Origin: an uncultured Enterobacteriaceae bacterium | Lineage (GTDB): Bacteria; Pseudomonadota; Gammaproteobacteria; Burkholderiales; SG8-39 | NCBI GenBank assembly: GCA_964552535.1 | Contig: CAZKHE010000004.1 | Span: 6,015 to 70,014 of the forward strand | Direction of reading: 5' to 3' | Length of the DNA stretch: 64,000 bases | Shown here: piece by piece, positions 11,595 to 20,465 of the stretch | Numbering within the stretch: position 1 is the first letter of the stretch | How the letters are laid out: each line of letters opens with the position of its first letter | Notes under the pieces: model-generated | Seen by the model: only the letters and a program-made list of their open reading frames with translations | What the model was told of the DNA's origin: nothing | Database searches by the model: none | Program-made: the position numbers and the translations under genes

Positions 11595-11606
11595 CGCGCG
11601 CCGCGG

Positions 11607-12566
11607 CTAGACCAGTTCCTTGAGCACCGCGGACCAGGCGGCGGCGAGGTTGTCGAGCGCGTAACCGCCGCCGCCGAAGGTCATCATCCGGCCGCCGCAG
11701 CGCCGGTCGGCGAGGCGCCGCAGGTCGCGCGCGGCGCGCGAATAGGCCGCCGTGGTGTAGGCGAGGTCGGCCAGCGGATCGCCGGCCATCGCATCCGCGC
11801 CGCATTGCAGGATGACGAACTCCGGCGCGTACCGGTCGAGGTGCGCGAGCGCGCGTTCCCACGCGGCGAAGAACTCGCGGTCGCCGGCGCCCGGGGCGAG
11901 CGGCACGTTCAGCTTCGTCCCTACGGCAAGCTCCTTGCCTGTTTCGTCGGCGTGGCCGGTGCCGGGGTAGAGCATCCGGCCGTCCTCGTGGATGTCCGCG
12001 ACGATGAGGTCGGGATCGCGCTCGAAGGGATAGAACACGCCGTCGCCGTGGTGCACATCGATGTCGACGTAAGCGACGCGCTGCACGCCATGGACCTGGC
12101 GCAGGGTATCGATCACGCAGCCGATGTCGTTGAAGATGCAGAAGCCCGCGGCGCGCCCGCGCCGGGCGTGATGCAGTCCGCCGATCGGCTGGAACGTGCG
12201 CAGCGCGTCCCCCGACATCAGGCGTTCGACGCCATCGAGCGCCGCGCCGACGACGTTGGCGGCTGCGTCGAGCGCATGTGGAAACGCGGGCGTATCGCCG
12301 TAGTCGAAATAGCCGCTGCCCCGGGCGGCGCAGGCCTGCACCCACTCGTAGTGGCTGGGCTGGTGGAAGCGCTCGATCTCCGCGCGCATGGCCGGTCGGG
12401 GCGCCATCCAGGCGACGCGGCGGTCGAGGCCCTGTCGCGCCGCCTCCGCGAGAAATGCGCCTTGGCGGTCGATGCCCAGCGGATGTCCCGCGGGGAAGCC
12501 GTATGCGGCCAACGCCTCGCCGGCGTAGAGGAGGATCTCGTGCGCCATGCGTTCAGCATACGCCAC
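11607..12566 (-). CDS. histone deacetylase-family (acetoin utilisation AcuC / acetylpolyamine amidohydrolase-like) protein
   Basis: Has the catalytic core YVDIDVHHGDGV and GGLHHARRGRAAGFCIFND. The start is GTG 12566 or ATG 12548. Confidence 0.85.
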   Translation of the reverse strand: MAYAERMAHEILLYAGEALAAYGFPAGHPLGIDRQGAFLAEAARQGLDRRVAWMAPRPAMRAEIERFHQPSHYEWVQACAARGSGYFDYGDTPAFPHALDAAANVVGAALDGVERLMSGDALRTFQPIGGLHHARRGRAAGFCIFNDIGCVIDTLRQVHGVQRVAYVDIDVHHGDGVFYPFERDPDLIVADIHEDGRMLYPGTGHADETGKELAVGTKLNVPLAPGAGDREFFAAWERALAHLDRYAPEFVILQCGADAMAGDPLADLAYTTAAYSRAARDLRRLADRRCGGRMMTFGGGGYALDNLAAAWSAVLKELV

Positions 12567-12689
12567 CCGCCGCCGTGCACCTTGCTCGCGGTCGTGCGTT
12601 CAATCAGGATGGAACGGGGCAGGGCTGCGGCCGTCCAACCCATCGGGGTGAGCGCCTTGGTCGGTGCTCCGCGTCAAAAGGGTCCCGTG

Positions 12690-13136
12690 ATGAATCGAAC
12701 GATCGTGACCGCCGTCATCCTCGCCAGCGCAGGGCTGACCGCTCCGCGCTCGCACGCGCACGAAACCGGGCGGTTCATCGCCGGATCCGGTGCCGGCTTC
12801 GTGGTCGGGAGCCCCGTGGCACCCCGTCCTCCGGTGTACGGCTACGCGCCGCCGCCTGTCGCGTACGTGCCGCCTCCGGTTGGCTACGGGCCTCCGCCGA
12901 TCGCTTACGTGCCTCCCCCGGTGGGCTACGTCCCGCCTCGGATTGCGTACCCGCCCGGGCCGGTCTACCGCTTCGGACCGCCCATGGGCTACCCGCCACC
13001 CCGGGTCCATCACGCGCCGCCCCTGGTGCACCCTCGGCCGCCCGTCGTGCTGCATCCGGCACCCGGGTTCTACACCCCCGCGCCGACCCACCTCCACCAT
13101 CGTCCGAACTTCGGCCTTCGCGCCGGCTGGCGCTGA
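12690..13136 (+). CDS. secreted proline-rich heptad-repeat protein (no recognised family)
   Basis: ATG 12690 lies inside the artefactual track ORF 11805..13136. The signal peptide is MNRTIVTAVILASAGLTAPRSHA. About 13 consecutive 7-residue units follow (PPPVAYV, PPPVGYG, PPPIAYV, PPPVGYV, PPRIAYP ...). Confidence 0.6.
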   Translation: MNRTIVTAVILASAGLTAPRSHAHETGRFIAGSGAGFVVGSPVAPRPPVYGYAPPPVAYVPPPVGYGPPPIAYVPPPVGYVPPRIAYPPGPVYRFGPPMGYPPPRVHHAPPLVHPRPPVVLHPAPGFYTPAPTHLHHRPNFGLRAGWR

Positions 13137-13237
13137 CGCAGCGCGGCATCGCACGGGAGCGTCCGCAGCCGCGCGGCCTCCTGCTACGATTGCGCGACAA
13201 GCTGTTCAACGAGATTCCACACCAAGGAGGAGCGGCC

Positions 13238-14089
13238 GTGAAGGCGCCATCGTTCGCCTATGCCCGTCCGCGCTCAATCGCCGAAGCGTTCGACCTGCTC
13301 GACGCGCACGGCGACGGCGCGAAGATCCTCGCGGGCGGCCAGAGCCTGCTCGCCTCCCTCAACATGCGGCTGTCCTCGCCCGACATCCTCGTGGACATCA
13401 CCGGCGTTCCGGGACTGGCGGGGATCCGCGTCGAAGGCAGCACCCTGCGCATCGGCGCACTGACGACCCACGCGGAGATCGAACGCTCCGCGGAGATCGC
13501 CACGCACCTGCCGCTGCTCGCGCAGGCCGTGCCCCACATCGCGCACGTGGCGATTCGCAATGTCGGCACGTTCGGGGGCAGCGTCGCGCTCGCCGATCCG
13601 GCTGCGGAGTATCCGGCGTGCGCGCTGGCGCTCGACGCCACCCTGGTGCTCGCGAGCCGCACGGGCGAGCGCCGGGTGGCGGCACGGGACTTCTTCCGCG
13701 GCTTGTACGACACGGCGCTGCAGCCAGGCGAGTTGCTCGTGGCCGGCGAATTCCCGTTGCGCCCGGGGTATCGCTCGGTGTTTCTCGAGCTCGCGCGCCG
13801 GCACGGCGACTACGCGATCGTGGGACTCGCGGCCCATGCGCGCGTCGACGGCGGAACGCTCGCCGACGCGCGTCTGGCGTTCCTGGGCGCCGGCGATCGG
13901 CCGATGCTCGCCCTCGAGGCCGCGAAGGCGGTGGAAGGCCGCGCACCCGACGCGGCGACAGTGAAGACCGCGCAGGACGCGATCGCGCGCGATCTCGACC
14001 CGCCGGCGGACCTGTACACCTCGTCCGCCACCAAGCTCCACCTGGCGCGCGTGCTGACCGGCCGCGCACTCGCCGCCCTCGTCGCCTGA
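13238..14089 (+). CDS. xanthine dehydrogenase/CO dehydrogenase-family FAD-binding (medium, CoxM-like) subunit
   Basis: GTG 13238 is preceded by the RBS AAGGAGG (13224-13230). The protein begins KAPSFAYARPRSIAEAFDLL and has KILAGGQSLLASLNMRL and the FAD-binding PCMH fold. Confidence 0.88.
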   Translation: MKAPSFAYARPRSIAEAFDLLDAHGDGAKILAGGQSLLASLNMRLSSPDILVDITGVPGLAGIRVEGSTLRIGALTTHAEIERSAEIATHLPLLAQAVPHIAHVAIRNVGTFGGSVALADPAAEYPACALALDATLVLASRTGERRVAARDFFRGLYDTALQPGELLVAGEFPLRPGYRSVFLELARRHGDYAIVGLAAHARVDGGTLADARLAFLGAGDRPMLALEAAKAVEGRAPDAATVKTAQDAIARDLDPPADLYTSSATKLHLARVLTGRALAALVA

Positions 14090-14098
14090 GGCGTTCCC

Positions 14099-14587
14099 AT
14101 GGATCACGTCATCGAAACGACCCTGACCGTGAACGGCACGTCCGTCACGCGGCGCATTCCCCCGCGCCAGCATCTCATCGACTTCCTGCGGGAGGAGCTC
14201 GGGCTCACCGGCGCGCACGTCGGCTGCGAGCACGGCGTGTGCGGCGCCTGCACCGTCCGCGTGGACGGCAAGATCGTGCGCGGCTGCCTGATGCTCGCCG
14301 TGCAGGCGGCCGGACGCACCGTGGACACCATCGAAGGGCTGTCCGATTCCGGCGAGATCGCCGACCTGCAGCGCGCGTTCCACGAGCACAACTCGCTGCA
14401 ATGCGGCTTCTGCACGCCGGGCATGCTGATGGCCGCGCAGTCGCTCGCCAACGAGAGGCCCGAGGCGTCCCGCGACGAAATCCGCGAGTACCTCTCCGGG
14501 AACTACTGCCGCTGCACCGGCTACCAGGCGATCGTCGACGCCGTCGAGGAGGTGCTGGAGGCGCGTAAGGGCGGGGTGAAGGCATGA
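14099..14587 (+). CDS. (2Fe-2S)-binding small (CoxS-like) subunit
   Basis: 162 aa with both cluster motifs, CEHGVCGACTV and CGFCTPGM, plus NYCRCTGY. Confidence 0.92.
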   Translation: MDHVIETTLTVNGTSVTRRIPPRQHLIDFLREELGLTGAHVGCEHGVCGACTVRVDGKIVRGCLMLAVQAAGRTVDTIEGLSDSGEIADLQRAFHEHNSLQCGFCTPGMLMAAQSLANERPEASRDEIREYLSGNYCRCTGYQAIVDAVEEVLEARKGGVKA

Positions 14588-16974
14588 ACGCCCGCGCCGA
14601 ACTGCCGCTGCACGCGCCGGGTACCAAGACCGACACGGGCTACATCGGCCAGAGCGTCCCGCGCGCCAATGCGAAGCGCCTGCTGCAGGGCCGGGGCGCC
14701 TATGTGGACGATCTGCGCTTCCCGCGCCTTGCGCACGCCGTCTTCTTCCGCAGCCCGCATGCGCATGCGCGCATCAAGCGGCTGGACCTGTCCAAGGCGG
14801 CGCGTCAGCCGGGGGTGATCGCGTGCTTCGATGGCCGCGCGGTCGCCGAGTACTGCACGCCGTGGGTCGCGGTGCTCGGACACCTGAAGGGCATCAAGTC
14901 GCCGCCGCAGCACGCGGTCGCGATCGACCGGGCGTGCTGGCAGGGCGAGGCGGTCGCGGCAATCGTCGCGGAGACGCGCGTGCAGGCCGAGGACGCGCTG
15001 CAGCACGTCGAGGCCGAGTGGGAGGAGCTGCCGGTCGTCACCGACATGGAAGCGTCGCTGGCCGGCAAGGTGGTCATCCATCCCGACCTCGGCGACAACG
15101 TGTGCTTCAAGCGCGAGCTCGTCACCGAGAAGTTCGACGACGTCTGGAAGCAGGCGGACGTGGTGGTCGAGGAGACCTACGAGTTCGGCCGTCACACCGG
15201 CGTCTGCATGGAAGGCCGCTCGATCCTCGCCGACTACAACGCGGCGGAGCATTCGCTCACGGTCTATCACGCGACCCAGGCGCCGCACATGATGCAGGAC
15301 ATCTTCTCCAAGCACCTCAACATCCCGGAGTCGAGCGTCCGCGTGATCTGCAAGGACGTCGGCGGCTCCTACGGCATCAAGGTGCACGTCTATCCGGACG
15401 AGATGGCGACGGCCGCGCTCTCGGTGATGCTGCGCCGGCCGGTCAAGTTCGTCGCGGACCGCCTGGAGTCGTTCCTCACCGACATCCACGCGCGCGAGCA
15501 CCGCGCCAGGGTGCGCCTCGCCTGCACCAGGGACGGGAAGATCCTTGCGTTCGACCTCGAGGACCTCACCGCGATCGGCCCGTACTCGGTGTACCCGCGC
15601 ACCAGCGGCATCGAGGGCAACCAGGTGGTGAACCTGACCGGCGGCCCGTACTCGCACCGCGAGTACCGCGCGCAGATGCACGTGGTGTTCACGAACAAGA
15701 ACGTGACCTGCCAGTACCGCGCCGTGGGGCATCCGATTGCCGTCGCACTCACCGAGGGCATCGTCGATCTCGCCGCGGAGAAGGTCGGGCTCGACCCGGT
15801 GGAGTTCCGGCGCCGCAATCTCATCCCCGACGACGCGTATCCGTACACCGCTGCGTCCGGCATCAAGTTCGAGAAGCTCTCCCATCAGCAGTCGCTCGAG
15901 AAGCTGCTCAAGCTGATGGACTACGACAAGCTGCGCGCCGAGCAGGCGGCGCTGCGCCAGCAGGGCATCCATCGCGGCATCGGCTTCGCCGCGATGATCG
16001 AGGTGACGAATCCGTCGCCTGCGTTCTACGGCGTCGGCGGCGCGCGCATCTCAGCGCAGGACGGCGCGACGTTGCGGCTCGACCCGCAGGGCGCGGTGTA
16101 CGTGACCTGCAGCGTCACCGAGCAGGGCCAGGGGACCGAGGGCGTCTTCGCGCAGATCGCGGCGAGCGCCGTCGGCGTCACCATCGACAAGGTGCGCGTC
16201 GCGACCGGGGATACCGGCATCATGCCCTACGGTGGCGGCACCTGGGCCTCGCGCGGCGCCGGCATCGGCGGCGAGGCGGTGCTCCAGGCAGGGCGCGCCC
16301 TGCGCTCGAACATCCTCGACATCGCCGCGGCCATCCTGAACATGGACAAGGCCCAGCTGGACATCGTGAACAACGAAGTCGTGGACAAGCTCACGCTGGA
16401 GTCGAAGCTGCCGCTGTCCGAGCTCGGCCGCGTCGCCTACTTCCGGCCGGACACGCTGCCGATGAAGTTCCAGTCCGAGCTCACCGTGACGCGCCACTAC
16501 ACGCCGCGCGAGTACGGCTTCACCTTCACCAACGGCATCCAGGCGTCACTGGTGGAGGTCGACCCGGACACGGGCTTCGTGAAGCTCCTGAAGCACTGGT
16601 GCGTCGAGGATTGCGGGACCGTGATCAACCCGATGCTCGTGGACGAGCAGATCCGCGGCGGAGTGGTGCAGGGCATCGGCGCGGCGCTCTTCGAGGAATG
16701 CCTGTACGACGAGAACGGGCAGCTCCTGAACGGCAACATGGCCGATTACCTGGTGCCGATGTCGGGCGAGATGCCCGACATCGTGATCGGTCACGTCGAG
16801 ACGCCGACCAGGACCTCGGAGCTGGGCGCGAAGGGCGCCGGCGAAGCGGGCACCGCGGGTGCGCCGGGTGCGGTGATGAACGCCATCAACGACGCACTGA
16901 AGCCGTTCCAGACCCGGGTGACCTCCCAACCGTTCACCCCCGAGAAGATCCTGAGAGCCCTCGGAAGGGTTTGA
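14584..16974 (+). CDS. molybdopterin-binding large (CoxL-like) subunit of a xanthine dehydrogenase-family hydroxylase
   Basis: 796 aa with an ATGA overlap with the small subunit. It has aldehyde oxidase/xanthine dehydrogenase a/b-hammerhead and Mo-binding blocks (GGSYGIK, GQGTEGVFAQIAA, ELGAKGAGEAGTAGAPGAV). The active-site loop reads CQYRAVGH, which is not the form-I CODH motif. Confidence 0.88.
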   Translation: MNARAELPLHAPGTKTDTGYIGQSVPRANAKRLLQGRGAYVDDLRFPRLAHAVFFRSPHAHARIKRLDLSKAARQPGVIACFDGRAVAEYCTPWVAVLGHLKGIKSPPQHAVAIDRACWQGEAVAAIVAETRVQAEDALQHVEAEWEELPVVTDMEASLAGKVVIHPDLGDNVCFKRELVTEKFDDVWKQADVVVEETYEFGRHTGVCMEGRSILADYNAAEHSLTVYHATQAPHMMQDIFSKHLNIPESSVRVICKDVGGSYGIKVHVYPDEMATAALSVMLRRPVKFVADRLESFLTDIHAREHRARVRLACTRDGKILAFDLEDLTAIGPYSVYPRTSGIEGNQVVNLTGGPYSHREYRAQMHVVFTNKNVTCQYRAVGHPIAVALTEGIVDLAAEKVGLDPVEFRRRNLIPDDAYPYTAASGIKFEKLSHQQSLEKLLKLMDYDKLRAEQAALRQQGIHRGIGFAAMIEVTNPSPAFYGVGGARISAQDGATLRLDPQGAVYVTCSVTEQGQGTEGVFAQIAASAVGVTIDKVRVATGDTGIMPYGGGTWASRGAGIGGEAVLQAGRALRSNILDIAAAILNMDKAQLDIVNNEVVDKLTLESKLPLSELGRVAYFRPDTLPMKFQSELTVTRHYTPREYGFTFTNGIQASLVEVDPDTGFVKLLKHWCVEDCGTVINPMLVDEQIRGGVVQGIGAALFEECLYDENGQLLNGNMADYLVPMSGEMPDIVIGHVETPTRTSELGAKGAGEAGTAGAPGAVMNAINDALKPFQTRVTSQPFTPEKILRALGRV

Positions 16975-17028
16975 GAGGCAGACGGCGAGCCGCGCTCACG
17001 CGAAGCTTTTGCGAGCGAGGCGGTGGTC

Positions 17029-17077
17029 GGGGGGATTCACAAGGGGGGCGGTTCTCCCCCCTTGTGGCGTTGAAAGC
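17029..17077. repeat. REP-like palindromic element, copy A
   Basis: GGGGGGATTCACAAGGGGGG-cggttct-CCCCCCTTGTGG-cgtt-GAAAGC. It has an 11-bp stem (17038-17048 / 17056-17066). The flanks and stem are shared with copy B at 30047-30090. Both copies lie in convergent intergenic spacers. Confidence 0.7.
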
Positions 17078-17099
17078 CTTCGATCTGCTGAAAGCGCGT

Positions 17100-17125
17100 A
17101 CCTCGGCGTCTTCACACGCCGAGGT
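17100..17125. terminator. hairpin overlapping the 3-prime end of livF-like gene (ACCTCGGCGT-cttcac-ACGCCGAGGT)
   Basis: Perfect 10-bp stem with a 6-nt loop. The right arm encodes the last codons (YLGV) and the loop holds the stop of the minus-strand gene. There is no U-tract, so intrinsic-terminator function is uncertain. Confidence 0.5.
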
Positions 17126-17843
17126 AAAGCGACTTGACCAGATCGTTGTCCTGCAGCTCGTCGACGCTCTTGCCCTCGAAGACGATCTCTCCGTGGACGA
17201 TGATGTAGCCGCGGTCGGCGATGCGGATGGCCTGCTGGAAGTTCTGCTCAGCCATCAGCACTGAGAGGCCCAGCCGCTCCTTCATGTCCTTGATGGTGGT
17301 GATCGTGTGCTGCACGAGCAGCGGCGAGAGACCCACCGAGGGCTCGTCCACCAGCAGGATGCGCGGTTCCGACATCAACGCGCGCGCGATGGCGAGCATC
17401 TGCTGCTGGCCGCCGCTCATGCTGCCGGCGAGCTGGACCCGGCGTTCCTTGAGCACCGGGAAGGAGCTGTAGGCGAACTCGAGGTTCTTGGCGATGTTCG
17501 CGCGCGCCGCATCGCGGAAAGCGCCGAGCAGCAGGTTCTCCTCGACGGTGAGCTTCGGGAAGAGGCGCCGGCCCTCCGGCACGATGGCAATGCCGAGGTT
17601 CACGATCTCCTGCGTGGGCAGCTTGCACAGGTCGAAGCGCCCGCCGTCGGTCTCCAGGATGATCTCGCCGCGCGTCGGCTTGACCATGCCCATGAGGCAC
17701 TTCATCAGCGTGCTCTTGCCGTTGCCGTTGGTGCCGAGAAGGGCCACGGTCTCGCCCTCGCGCAGGTCGAGCGACACGCCATGCAGGGCGCGCACCGCTC
17801 CGTAGCCGGCGTCGATGTCGCGGATGGTGAGCTTATACGCCAA
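17112..17843 (-). CDS. livF: branched-chain amino acid ABC transporter ATP-binding protein (LivF-type)
   Basis: Has the Walker A GTNGNGKSTL, the signature LSGGQQQMLAIARAL and the Walker B LLVDEPSVGLSP. The likely TTG start at 17843 overlaps the livG stop; the track ORF extends to 17915. Confidence 0.88.
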   Translation of the reverse strand: MAYKLTIRDIDAGYGAVRALHGVSLDLREGETVALLGTNGNGKSTLMKCLMGMVKPTRGEIILETDGGRFDLCKLPTQEIVNLGIAIVPEGRRLFPKLTVEENLLLGAFRDAARANIAKNLEFAYSSFPVLKERRVQLAGSMSGGQQQMLAIARALMSEPRILLVDEPSVGLSPLLVQHTITTIKDMKERLGLSVLMAEQNFQQAIRIADRGYIIVHGEIVFEGKSVDELQDNDLVKSLYLGV

Positions 17844-18558
17844 GGTAGGCCCTCTGCACTTCCGGGTTCGCCACCACCTCGGTCGGCGTGCCCTGACAGA
17901 TGATCTTGCCGGCATCGAGGCAGACGACGCGCTGCGAAAAGCGCATGACCGCCTGCATGATGTGCTCGATCATGATGATGGTGATGCCCTGTTCGTTGAG
18001 GCGGAAGAGGATGGCGAGCACTTCGTCCACCTCGGACGTGGAGAGCCCGGCCATCGCCTCGTCGGACACCAGGAGCTTGGGGCGGGCCGCCATGGCCCGC
18101 GCGAGCTCGAGCTTGCGCAGGTCCACCTGGGTGAGCTGGCTCGCCTTGGTTTCCGCCTTGTCCGCCAGGCCCATGTCCTTGAGGACAGCCATCGCTTCGC
18201 CGGTCGTATCGGCGGTATGGAGCGATCCCCGATGGACTACGTACTCGAGGGGCACGATCAGGTTCTCGAGCACGCTCATCGAGGAGAAGGGCCGCGGGAT
18301 CTGGAAGCTGCGGGCGATGCCGAGACGCGTCCGCTTGTAGGCGGGCAGCCGCGAGATCTCCTCGCCCTCGAACAGGATGGAGCCGTCGTCGTTGAACAGC
18401 GCGCCGGAGACGCAGTTGATCATCGTGGTCTTGCCGGAGCCGTTCGGCCCGATGAGGCCAAAACGCTCGCCCTGCATCACGTCCACGCTGACGTCGGAAA
18501 GCGCGGTGAAGCCGCCGAAGCGCTTGGTGACGCCGCGAATCTCGAGCAGCTTCGTCAT
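17833..18558 (-). CDS. livG: branched-chain amino acid ABC transporter ATP-binding protein (LivG-type)
   Basis: The true start MTKLLEIRGVTKRFGGF is at ATG 18558, inside track ORF 17833..19041. The protein has GPNGSGKTT and LVSDEAMAGLS. Confidence 0.9.
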   Translation of the reverse strand: MTKLLEIRGVTKRFGGFTALSDVSVDVMQGERFGLIGPNGSGKTTMINCVSGALFNDDGSILFEGEEISRLPAYKRTRLGIARSFQIPRPFSSMSVLENLIVPLEYVVHRGSLHTADTTGEAMAVLKDMGLADKAETKASQLTQVDLRKLELARAMAARPKLLVSDEAMAGLSTSEVDEVLAILFRLNEQGITIIMIEHIMQAVMRFSQRVVCLDAGKIICQGTPTEVVANPEVQRAYLGV

Positions 18559-19502
18559 TTCCCGCTCCCCGCGCGACCCCGCAGCTTCGCCCAGAGGCCG
18601 AGGATCCCCTCCGGTGCCAGCACCACGAAGACCACCAGCAGGACGCCGACGACGAGGACGTTGAGCTCCGAAGAGATGGTCACCGTCACCACCTGCTGCA
18701 CCGTCGCGAGCAGAAGCGCGCCGATGACCGGGCCGATCCAGTGCGCCATGCCGCCGATGATCGGCATCGCCAACGCATTGACGGCATAGTTGAGGTTGAA
18801 CGCCGACACCGGCTCGATGAACGACAGGTATTGCGCGAACGGGGCGCCCGCCGCACCCATGAGAGCCCCCGAGAGGGTCGCGGCGATCAGCTTGAGGTGC
18901 AAGGTCGGCACCCCGGAACATTCGGCGGCCCCCTCGTTGTCCCGGATGGCGCGCAGACCGCGCCCCAGCCAGGAGGTCTGCACGTACCGTGCGCACGCGA
19001 CCGCAATGACCGCGATGATGCCCATCACGAAGAAGAGCCACTGCATGTAGCTGTCGAAGTGGAAGGGCGCTTCCGTCGGGCGCAGGATCGGCAGGCCCTT
19101 GGCCCCGCCGACGTAGGACCAGTTGATCACGGCGGTCTCGAGGATGATCGTGATGGCGATGGTCGCGATGGAGAAGAAGATGCCGCGCAGGCGCAGGGTG
19201 AGCAGACCGACGCCGAAGCCGAGCAGCCCGGACGCGGCGGCGCCGGCGAGGATCTGCAGCGGCAGCGGCAGATTGACCGCCTTGAAGAGCGCCACCGCGG
19301 TATAGGCGCCGACCGCGAAGAAGGCGGCCGAGCCGAAGTTCACGTAGCCGGCGAAGCCGCCCAGGATGTTCCAGGCGGTGGCCAGCACGACGAACTGCAG
19401 CACCACGTAGCCCGCGAAGAAGTAGTACTCGTTGGTGATGACGAGCGGCGCGGCCGCCAGCAGGGCGAGCACGACCAGGGCGCCGAGAAGGAAGGTCTTC
19501 AT
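18555..19502 (-). CDS. livM: branched-chain amino acid ABC transporter permease (LivM-type)
   Basis: The start is MKTFLLGALVVLALL at 19502. It is a polytopic membrane protein with a 4-bp overlap with livG. Confidence 0.88.
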   Translation of the reverse strand: MKTFLLGALVVLALLAAAPLVITNEYYFFAGYVVLQFVVLATAWNILGGFAGYVNFGSAAFFAVGAYTAVALFKAVNLPLPLQILAGAAASGLLGFGVGLLTLRLRGIFFSIATIAITIILETAVINWSYVGGAKGLPILRPTEAPFHFDSYMQWLFFVMGIIAVIAVACARYVQTSWLGRGLRAIRDNEGAAECSGVPTLHLKLIAATLSGALMGAAGAPFAQYLSFIEPVSAFNLNYAVNALAMPIIGGMAHWIGPVIGALLLATVQQVVTVTISSELNVLVVGVLLVVFVVLAPEGILGLWAKLRGRAGSGK

Positions 19503-19506
19503 GGCG

Positions 19507-20376
19507 CTAGCGTCCGAACAGGCCGGCAGGTCGCACGCCCAGCACGACGAGCAGGATGCCGAAGGCGACGGCAGGGGCCCACGCGGCACCGAACGAGGAG
19601 AGCACGATCGATTCCGCGATGCCGAGAATCAGCCCCGCCACGACGGTGCCGCTCATGCTCCCCAGGCCGGCGAGCACGACCACGCAGAACGCGCGGCCGA
19701 TGTAGAGCCGGCCGAGGCTCGGTTCGACGGGGCCGACGATGATCAGCAGGGCTCCGGCGATGGCGCAAGTGGCGGTGGCGAGCCCGAAGGCGAAGCGCTT
19801 GATCTTCACCGGGTCGGCGCCCATCAGCCGCAGCGCGCCCTCGTCCTGCGCCACCGCCTTGATCGCGCGCCCGGTGAACGTCCTGGAGAGGTAGACCGTG
19901 AGGACCGCGGTCAGGATCACGGCGACGCCGAACGCGACGAGCATCCGGTTGGGGATGCGCATGTCGCCGATCCGCGTGCTGGTACCGACGTAGGCAGCTT
20001 CGACCAGGCGCTGGTCGACGCCGAACGCGACGATCAGCCCGACCTCGACGATGAACGCCACGCCGAAGAAGAACGCGATGCCGCGCAGCCCCTGGTCGGT
20101 TCCGCGCTTTTCGAACGTCGCGTAGTAGAACTGGTAGACCAGCAGCCCGAACACGAAGAACAGCGGCATCATGAGCAGCCCCGCGAGAAGCGGATCGAGG
20201 CCCTGCTGCCCGAGCATGTAGGTCAGGAACGCGCCCAGCACCAGGAACGATGGGTGCGCGATGTGCGGGACATCGAGCAGGCCGAACGCGATGGAGAGGC
20301 CCAGGCTGACCGCGGCATAGAAGCAGCCGAGCAGGGCCCCGGAGACGACGGCTTCGAAGAGGAGTTCGAGATCCAA
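19507..20376 (-). CDS. livH: branched-chain amino acid ABC transporter permease (LivH-type)
   Basis: The likely TTG start at 20376 gives MDLELLFEAVVSGALLG, the typical LivH N-terminus. The track ORF reads on to 20616 in a stop-free frame. Confidence 0.85.
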   Translation of the reverse strand: MDLELLFEAVVSGALLGCFYAAVSLGLSIAFGLLDVPHIAHPSFLVLGAFLTYMLGQQGLDPLLAGLLMMPLFFVFGLLVYQFYYATFEKRGTDQGLRGIAFFFGVAFIVEVGLIVAFGVDQRLVEAAYVGTSTRIGDMRIPNRMLVAFGVAVILTAVLTVYLSRTFTGRAIKAVAQDEGALRLMGADPVKIKRFAFGLATATCAIAGALLIIVGPVEPSLGRLYIGRAFCVVVLAGLGSMSGTVVAGLILGIAESIVLSSFGAAWAPAVAFGILLVVLGVRPAGLFGR

Positions 20377-20465
20377 GATCGAATTTTTCTTCGTTCGTTG
20401 ACGCGAAAGGGCACGCAGCGCGGCCGGGCATGAGCCCGGCCGCTCGCCTCGTGCTGAAGCGGGTA

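Noticed and set aside
13238-16974. Calling the coxMSL-like operon a genuine aerobic carbon monoxide dehydrogenase.
   Set aside because: The large subunit lacks the form-I AYxCSFR loop (it reads CQYRAVGH), and no coxDEFG accessory genes follow. Only the generic xanthine-dehydrogenase-family call is supported.
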